From the NCBI GenBank assembly GCA_963849325.1, contig CAWKHF010000007.1, positions 96,001 through 160,000 on the forward strand: a DNA stretch of 64,000 nt, in the 5' to 3' direction. The number at the start of each line of letters is the position of its first letter. The stretch's first letter is position 1. Origin of the DNA: an uncultured Planctomycetota bacterium (GTDB taxonomy: Bacteria > Planctomycetota > Planctomycetia > Gemmatales > Gemmataceae). Positions 55,556 through 64,000 of the stretch are shown here, one piece after another. A program made the position numbers and the translations under genes. A model generated the notes under the pieces. The model searched no databases. It was not told the origin of the DNA and worked only from the letters and a program-made list of their open reading frames with translations.

Positions 55556-57045
55556 ATGAGCCTCCGTGATCCTCAGCCCACGACCGGGCCGTCCCAGCGA
55601 GAGCGCCGGTCGCGCCGGGCCGTCATTCTGACTTCCTACAAGACCGGCGCCACGCGCGGCAAAAACCTCGGCGTCCCCGGCTACTCCTACGACATCGTCG
55701 CCCAGTTGTTCGTTCCGCTGCTGTCGCGCTGGGGAGAAGTCCTCCAGGTGGCGCGCGAGGCGGGTCCGCTGGAGGAGGCCGTGCGCGAGGCCCGGCGGCG
55801 CGGACTCGATCCGGTCCACGTCAGCTTCCTGCCCTTCCAGGACGTTCGCTTAACGCCGTCGGCGCCGAACGTGATCGTGCCCGCCTGGGAGTTTCCCGAC
55901 GTGCCCGACCACGTCTTCGACGGCAACCCGCGCAACAACTGGGTCGCCACCGCCCACCAGTGCGACCTGGTAATCGTCGGCGGACAGTTCACCGTCGATT
56001 CGTTCCAGCGGGCCGGTATCCGCACGCCCATCCGTGTCGTGCCGGTGCCGACGCCCGACGAATACTTCCGCATCTCGGCCTGGAAAGCCGACCAGCACGT
56101 CCGCATTCCGTGCTCCGCTTACGTCTTCCCCCATCCCGAGGTAGCCCGACAGCGCCCTGTGGGACGCCCCGGAGCTGATCGGACCGGCGACGCCGCGGCC
56201 TCCGGTGCGTCGCTGCGAGGCCGGCTGCGCGATAAGGCGCGGCTGGCGTACCGCGATTATTTTAAGCCGCTCGTGCCGCCGGCCATGCACGGCCTGCTCA
56301 AGGTCGCGGCGCGGCGTGCCGGCCGCGATTCGTGGGACCGCTACGTCGAGAGCTGCCGCCGGCCGCACCTGGATCTGTCGGGCGTCGTCTACACGAGCAT
56401 CTTCAACCCCGGCGACGGCCGCAAGAACTGGGAAGACCTGCTCACCGGCTTTCTCTGGGGCCTGCGCGACTGCGCCGACGCCACGCTGGTCGTCAAGCTC
56501 GTCACCAAGGACCGCACGTGGATCGATCGCATCCTGACCTACTACCGCGGCCTGGGCCTGGCGCACCGCTGCAAGGTCGTGTTCATCACGGACTATCTGA
56601 AGCACGGAGCACATGCTCGATCTGGTGCGGGCGAGCACCTACTACCTGACGGCCACTCGCGCCGAGGGCAATTGCTTGCCGGTCATGAACTACCTGGCCG
56701 CCGGTCGGCCGTGCGTCTCGCCCTGCCACACGGCCATCAGCGATTATTTCACCGAAGAGATGGGTTTTGTCGTCGATACGCACCCGGAGCCGGCCATCTG
56801 GCCGCACGACAATCGACTGCGCTTCCAGCACCACCTGGGGCCGCATCGTTTGGCCGTCGCTGGTCGAGCAGATGCGCCAGAGCTACCACGTGGCCCGCCA
56901 CGATCGGCCGGCTTACGACGCCCGGAGCGAGGGCGGTCGGCGCAAGATGTCGCAGTGGGCCAGCGCCGAAAGCATCTGGCCGCGTCTGCGGGCGGCCCTG
57001 GACTTGATCGACACTCTGCGGCCAGCCAAGGGGGAGGCCGCATAG
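55556..57045 (+). CDS. GT-B (GT4-like) glycosyltransferase, frameshifted
   Basis: 'GYSY', 'PAWEFPD', 'DGRKNWEDLL', 'RAEGNCLPVMNYLAAG.P'. Confidence 0.78.
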
Positions 57046-57164
57046 ACGGGGCCCTTTCTTCATTCGTTAGGCGATTCGAGAGGAGCGTCTGGCGCGAGCC
57101 GGCGGCGAGGTCATCCCCGCCGCCCCGGTCCTCCGTGCGCGTCGCGCTGCCCCAAGGGGACTAC

Positions 57165-58633
57165 ATGAACGGCGAACCGCTGCTTCTCGTCACCTCGATG
57201 TACACCGAGGGCGACCTGGCCCGTCGCCTGGGGCGCGATGCCTACTCCTATCGCTACGTCTATCGCGCCTTCGCGCCGCTGCTGGACCGCTGGGGCCATC
57301 ACCGCGAGGCATCCGGCCCACGCGGCCGACATCGAACAGGCCGTGGCGCGAGGCGAGCCAACACGAGCACGCGCCGATCCACCTCAGCTTCTTGCCGCTG
57401 CACCTGATGGACGTGGTGCCGGGTGTGCCGAACATCGCCGTGCCCGCCTGGGAGTTTCCCGACATCCCGGCCATCGACCTGGAGAACGATCCGCAGCAGA
57501 ACTGGGCGCGCGTGGCCGAGCAGGTGGACCTGATTATCACGCACACGCAGTTCTCGCGCGCCGCCTTCCTGCGGGCCGGCGTGCGGACGCCGGTACACGT
57601 CGTCCCGGTGCCGATCCGGCCGGACTATTTCGCAGGTGCCGGACTGGCGGCCGGGCCAGCGCGTCGTCCTCGATTGTCCGTGCTACGTCTTCCCGCAGCC
57701 CGCCACGCTGCCCGGCCGCCGCGTCCGTGGGTCAGCACGGAGACCGGCCATTTGCCCGCGCGCCCCAGTCTCCGCCAGCTGTACAAGAAGTGCGTCAAGG
57801 CCATGCCGGAGCGGTTCGGCAAGGCGATGCACCGTTCGGCCCGTGCCGTCCGCGCCGCCGTGTGGTCGGCCCGGCAAGTCCTCCAGGAGACCGACATCCG
57901 CCGTCTTTATCCGCCGCGGCCCAGACCTGGAACTGTCCGGCGTCGTTTACACCGCCATCCTCAATCCGTTCGACGCCCGCAAGAACTGGCAGGATTTGCT
58001 GTCGGGCTACCTGCTGGCCCTCCAGGATCGCGACGACGCCACGCTGGTCGTCAAGCTGGTCGTGTCGGCGGAGTGGGAGGCGGAGGCGCTGGCGGAGATT
58101 TTCGCCTTCTATCGCAGCACCGGCCTGAGCCATCGCTGCCGCCTGGCCTTCGTGACGGCGTATCTTTCCGAGGAGCAACTCGTGGAGCTGACGCGGGCCA
58201 GCACTTATTACCTGAACACGTCACGGGCGGAGGGGTCGTGTCTGCCGCTGCAAAACTTCATGGCCGCGGGCCGGCCGGCGCTGGCCCCGCCGCATACCGG
58301 CATGGCCGACTCCCTCGACGAACAGTGCGGCTTCACGCTGGAGTCGCACCCGGAGCCGGCCGGCTGGCCGCAGGAGATCGGCGGCGGCTATCGCACCACC
58401 TGGCACCGCCTGGTTTGGCAATCGCTGCACGATCAACTGCGGGCCAGCTACGAGATCGCCCAGTCACGGCCAGCCACGCTATCCGGTCCTGGCGATCGCG
58501 GTCGCGGGAGCGGATGCGGCAACTGGTCAGCGCCGACAGCGTGTGGCCACGGCTGGCCGCCGCCCTCGATGAGGGTGCGGCGATCCACCGCCGGACGGAC
58601 ATGCGGAGCCGGCCCTGCGTCAAGGCGGTCTGA
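57165..58633 (+). CDS. GT-B (GT4-like) glycosyltransferase, paralog of the upstream gene, frameshifted
   Basis: 'AYSY', 'PAWEFPD', 'DARKNWQDLL', 'RAEGSCLPLQNFMAAG.P'. Confidence 0.78.
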
Positions 58634-58656
58634 GGCGGCGTCCACAGGGGCAATTC

Positions 58657-60001
58657 ATGGGCCGAGCGTCGATCCTTCTGCTCGCGGGACTGGCGATCCT
58701 GACCGGCACGGCCGGCTGCTCGCTGTGCGGCCATCGCCAGCGACAACGACTGCGACGACCGAGACGGCCGAGCCGGTCCTGCCGGAAGTCGCGCGGACGC
58801 CCCTGGAGCCGGACCTGCTCGCGCTGGCCGCGCTCGGTTCGGCCGGCCGAGCCGCCCGCCGATCCGCAACCTCCACTCTGCCTACCGCGCTCTCACTCCG
58901 CAGCAATGCCAATGCCTGGCGGCGCAGCACGCGCCGACCGCCGACGCGCTCGACCGCCAGCGGCAAAAACTCCAGGAGCAGGACGAGAAAGCCTCCGTCT
59001 GTGCGGCGGTCACCAAGTCCGAGAAACAGCGTGCCTTTCAGGAATCGATGCTGCTTTACAGCGCCCTGGAGGTCCGCGACGACTTCGCCGGCCAGACGCT
59101 GGAGTGGTACTACCAGCTCGCCGGCGCCGAGGCCAAGGCCGACCTGCTCGAACAGCCAGCCTCGACCGCGGCCGCGATACGCTGGAACGCATGGAACGCC
59201 TGAAAAAGCAGGGCATCCGCCTGCCGGCGCCGATCGAGGAGTATCAGCGCCAGATCGTCGACGCTGCAATTACAGCAAGCGCAAAACCAGCTGACCATCG
59301 AGCAGCTCAACAGCAAGCTACGCCAGGCCCTGGGGTTCGATCCCGGCTCCGCCTGGCGACTTCTGGCCGGACCCGGGCGTGCCGCTGGGCACGGAAACAG
59401 TCCCCGACGTGGAGGCGGCCGTGCATCTGGGCCTGGCCCAGCGGCCGCAGCTTCTGTTGCTGCGCGGCATGATCGCCAACCTCAACAAGGACACGCTGGA
59501 TGCCGCCCGCCAATTTCTCAGCACGATCAGCCCTCTGCTCGGCCATGGCCAGCTCCCGACCCCGCTGCAAGGTGACGACCAAGGCGGCGAAGGTGTTCCA
59601 CATCCAGCCGGGCCGAAACGCTCGAGGTCGAGTCCGTCCGCGCCCAGCTGACCGAATATCTCCGCGAGCGCGAACGGGTCGTGGCGGCTGAGGTCCGCGA
59701 GGCGGTCTACGAAGTGAACTTACGGCGCGAGTCGATCCTGCTGGCCCGGCAAGTCGCCGACCGCTGGCACGAGCGCATCCAGGACCGCGAGAAACAGCAG
59801 GCGCAGGGCATGCCGGTCTTCGCCGACCTGACCACGGCGTACATGGAGTGGTACAAGGCGCGCGGCGAGGTGGTCAAGGAGTTCCTCGGCTGGAAGATCG
59901 CCGCCGTCAAGGTGAAGCAGGCCCAAGGCGTTCTGCCGGCCGAATGCGGCTACAGCGGCGAAGAATGCTGCGTCGCCGGCGGTCGGCATCATTCCGGCTA
60001 G
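58657..60001 (+). CDS. TolC-like outer-membrane efflux lipoprotein, multiply frameshifted
   Basis: lipobox 'TAGC'; helical segments 'AVHLGLAQRP', 'AAEVREAVYEV...ARQ', 'VKVKQAQG' resembling OEP repeats; faces the DevBCA operon. Confidence 0.55.
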
Positions 60002-60006
60002 AATCC

Positions 60007-60073
60007 GAGCCTGAAGCGTAAGCGAAGAAACGACAACCTTCGGTTGTCGTTTCTTCGCTTACGCTTCAGGCTC
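60007..60073. repeat. perfect palindrome (32-bp arms) between convergent operons; REP-like, possible bidirectional terminator
   Basis: gagcctgaagcgtaagcgaagaaacgacaacc-ttc-ggttgtcgtttcttcgcttacgcttcaggctc. Confidence 0.88.
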
Positions 60074-60088
60074 CGAAAGATTGTCGCG

Positions 60089-61224
<1,136 letters not shown>

Positions 61225-61228
<4 letters not shown>

Positions 61229-62406
61229 CCAAACACCTCCGCCGGGTCGGCTGTCTTCACCTTGCGCAGGGCGAGCAGGCCGGACAGCACGCACATGAGG
61301 GACGTCAAACTGAAGATTAACAGGATGCGTAAAGGCGTCAAGTGCATGGGCAGCCCGACCAGCAAGTCCAGGCCGCGATAGAGCAGCGCGCTCAGCGCCA
61401 GCCCCGGCAGGAAGCCGAGTACGGCCAGCCACAGCGCCTCGCGCAGGACCGTGCCGTTGAGGTAGCCGCCGGCGTAGCCGATGGCCTTGAGCGTGGCGTA
61501 CTCGGCCAGGTGCTCGGCCACGTCCGTCGAGATGATCTGGTAGCAGATGACGGCGCCGACGATGAAGCCCATGCACAGACCGAACTGGAAGATGAAGCCG
61601 ACGGGCGTGGCCGTCTGCCAGTAATGCTTCTCGGCGGCGATGAATTCGCCCTTGGTGAACACGTTGACGTCGTCGGGCAACAACTCGCGGACATGCCGTC
61701 GAGCCGCCTCGACGTTGGTCCCCGGCTCCAGCTGGACGACGCCGACGTCGGTCAGGTGGAGCGTGGCGTTGGGCGACAGCTCGTTGGGAAACAGCCGGGA
61801 GTAAGTCAGGTCGCTCATGACGACGCTGCCGTCGCTGGCGAAGTCGGTGCCCAGCGTGAAGGTGTCGGTCACGTGGACGGTATGCTGGGCCAACTCGCGG
61901 TCCATGCCCGCATGGATGTGGCCATACTCGCGCTTCGATTTGAGGTCCATGAGTACGTTGAAGGGAATTTTCAGGTCGGCGCGGTGGGCATTGATGGCCG
62001 GGTTGGTCAGCACGGGCTGTTCGGGGTCGAAGGCGATGACGCGGATGGGGTGAGTGCTGTGCCGCTGGGCCTCGGCGACGCCCGTGTCCTTCCAAAAGGA
62101 CGAGACGTATTCGAGATAGACCGGAAACGCCCGACGCACGCCGGGGACCATGCGCGCCTGTTCGAGACGCTGGCGCGTGAACTGTTCCTTGATGGCCAGG
62201 GCGTAGCGGGCCTTGCTGACGAGGACCAACTCGCCGTTGAACTGCTCGATCAGCTCGACCGAGGCGTCCAACAGCGCGTTCCAGAAGCCCAACTCAACGA
62301 ACATGAGGAAGACGGCGAAAGCGACGGCGAGGACGCGGACGAGCAGGCGGCGCTTGTCGTGCGTCAGGTTGAGCCAGGCCAGCGGCACGCGGGAGAAGAT
62401 CGACAT
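61225..62406 (-). CDS. devC: DevC-type ABC permease (FtsX-like)
   Basis: 'PLAWLNL', 'FAVFLMFVELGF', 'YQIISTDV.EHL.EYATLKAIGY', 'ADPAEVF'. Confidence 0.88.
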
Positions 62407-62407
62407 A

Positions 62408-63580
62408 TCAGAATAGCTCCGCGGGATCGGCGGCCTTGACCTTGCGCAGCGCCAGCAGGCCGGACAGCGAGCACATGACGATCGACAACAGCAGTACGCC
62501 GCCGGCCCGTCCCCAGGTCATCGACAACAGCAGGCTGGTCATTTCCCGGCCCAGGGCGTACAGGGCCAGCGCCACCACGAAGCCCGGCAGATAGCCGAGC
62601 ACCGCCAACGCCAGCGCCTGCCGCAGCACGACGCCGGACAAATAGCGCGGGCCGTAGCCGATGGCCTTGAGCGTGGCGTACTCGGCGAAGTGATCGGTGA
62701 TGTCCGTGGCGATGACCTGGTAGACGAAAATCACGCCGACGATGAGGGCCACGACCACGCCCAGGAGGAAGATGATGCCGACTGAGGTGCGGTACATCCA
62801 ATACTCCCGTTCGCGCTGCTCGACCTCGCCGCGCGTGAAGACGCGGACCTCGTCGCGCGGGCTGGTGGTGTACAGGGAGCGGGCTAGGTCCGCCTTGACC
62901 GCGTCGGCCCGAGCGCGCGCTTCCGGCTTGAGCTTGATTAACCCAAGGGCGGGCTGTTGCAGCGCCTTGGCGGCGTTGAGGCGGGCGTAGGTGCGGTCGC
63001 TGGTCAGGACCATGCCGTCGGAGCCGTAGCCGGTGCCGATGGTGAACTGGCCGACGACCTCGACGGTGGTTTGGTTCAACTCGGTCTCGACGCCGCGATG
63101 GCGCGGCCCGAAGTAATTGCGAGTGCCGGTGTCCATCAGCACGGTGTCCGGCGTGCGCAGCCGGCGCAGGCACTTATCGGCCGACTCGGTACGGAAGACG
63201 CGCTCGCGCCGCCACACAGGGTCGTCGAGGTTGCAGGCGAGGACAAGGATGGCGCGGCGCTGCTTGCTGCGGTCCTGGATGCGCCAGGTGGACCAGTCGA
63301 TGTACAGCGGCGAGACGTTGGCGACATCGCCGTGCTCCAGTGCCTGGTAGACGCGGTAGAGAGGAAAGCTGCGAGGCCGCGTCGTGTTGAGATAATTACT
63401 CGACAGCAGGACCAGGTCGAAATCGAGGGCGTCATACAGCGTCGTCGAGGCCAGCTCGGCGGAGCCGTAAAAACCCAGCTGCATGAACACGAGCAGAATG
63501 GCGAAGGACACACCGAGGACGGCCACGAGGGTCCGCACCGGCTGATGCAGCAGGTTCCGCAATACCAGGGGCGTTTTCAT
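62408..63580 (-). CDS. devC: second DevC-type ABC permease
   Basis: 'FAILLVFMQLGF', 'YQVIATDITDHFAEYATLKAIGY', 'ADPAELF'. Confidence 0.88.
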   Translation of the reverse strand: MKTPLVLRNLLHQPVRTLVAVLGVSFAILLVFMQLGFYGSAELASTTLYDALDFDLVLLSSNYLNTTRPRSFPLYRVYQALEHGDVANVSPLYIDWSTWRIQDRSKQRRAILVLACNLDDPVWRRERVFRTESADKCLRRLRTPDTVLMDTGTRNYFGPRHRGVETELNQTTVEVVGQFTIGTGYGSDGMVLTSDRTYARLNAAKALQQPALGLIKLKPEARARADAVKADLARSLYTTSPRDEVRVFTRGEVEQREREYWMYRTSVGIIFLLGVVVALIVGVIFVYQVIATDITDHFAEYATLKAIGYGPRYLSGVVLRQALALAVLGYLPGFVVALALYALGREMTSLLLSMTWGRAGGVLLLSIVMCSLSGLLALRKVKAADPAELF

Positions 63581-63593
63581 CGGCACCCCTTTC

Positions 63594-63652
63594 GTTTAGC
63601 CGCGACGCGCAGCGGAGCGCGGCTCGCGCTCCGCTGCGCGTCGCGGCTAAAC
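63594..63652. repeat. REP-like palindrome, second copy of the 17326-17392 family
   Basis: gtttagccgcgacgcgcagcggagcgcg-gct-cgcgctccgctgcgcgtcgcggctaaac. Confidence 0.9.
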
Positions 63653-63680
63653 AAGGATTTCGACGGAGTAGAACCGTGTT

Positions 63681-64000
63681 TTAGCGTGTACCATCGGCCC
63701 GCCCCGTCTCAATCTCGACCCGGACTTGATGCCCGATCAGGTCGGCGACGCGCTGGGGCTGGTCCAGTTCGACCTTCACGTCCACGACGCGATTATCCAC
63801 GGCGGCGCGCGGGTCCAGATCGACCACCCGCTCGGCCAATACTCGATCCCTTCCATACGACCCGGCCGGTCAGCGACTCGTCCGGCTTGAAAATGTGGCT
63901 GGTCACGGTCGCCTTCTGGCCGACCTGGACGCGCTCGATGTCGGTCTCGTAAACTTCGGTTAGAACGATCATTTTCGCGGTGTTGGCCAGCTGCAAGATG
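63681..64000 (-). CDS. devB: DevB/HlyD-family membrane fusion protein, C-terminal part (runs off the window, frameshifted)
   Basis: 'EVYETDIERVQVGQKATVTS' and shifted 'DPRAAVDNRVVDVKVEL...LIGHQVRVEI'. Confidence 0.8.

Overview
GC-rich bacterial DNA with strong Planctomycetota (Gemmataceae-like) hallmarks: a MoxR-DUF58-BatA/VWA operon, ECF sigma factors with long C-terminal extensions, a WD40 protein, a PVC-type heme CxxCH dehydrogenase, an LEPR-XLL-type export motif, a sulfatase and many intergenic palindromes. Many genes are split by small indels, most likely long-read assembly errors, so several ORF-track 'fusions' and 'splits' are artefacts. The standout is a polymorphic-toxin locus at about 21.8-30.5 kb on the minus strand, with a lower-GC distal part. 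It has a 1500-aa LEPR-XLL protein with a non-Rhs Ser/Thr/Asp-rich stalk, a hydrophobic pre-toxin segment, a short unrecognised C-terminal tip and a translationally coupled immunity-like gene. Downstream lie orphan immunity-like genes and a silent cassette that repeats the 71-aa pre-toxin segment fused to a zinc-deaminase tip. That tip is split inside its CxxC motif by an IS701-like element with 15-bp inverted repeats and a 7-bp target duplication. Also notable are a convergent glycosyltransferase x2/TolC-like versus DevB-C-C-A(cNMP) export module, and several REP/MITE-like palindrome families that share a GCGYNAGC core.
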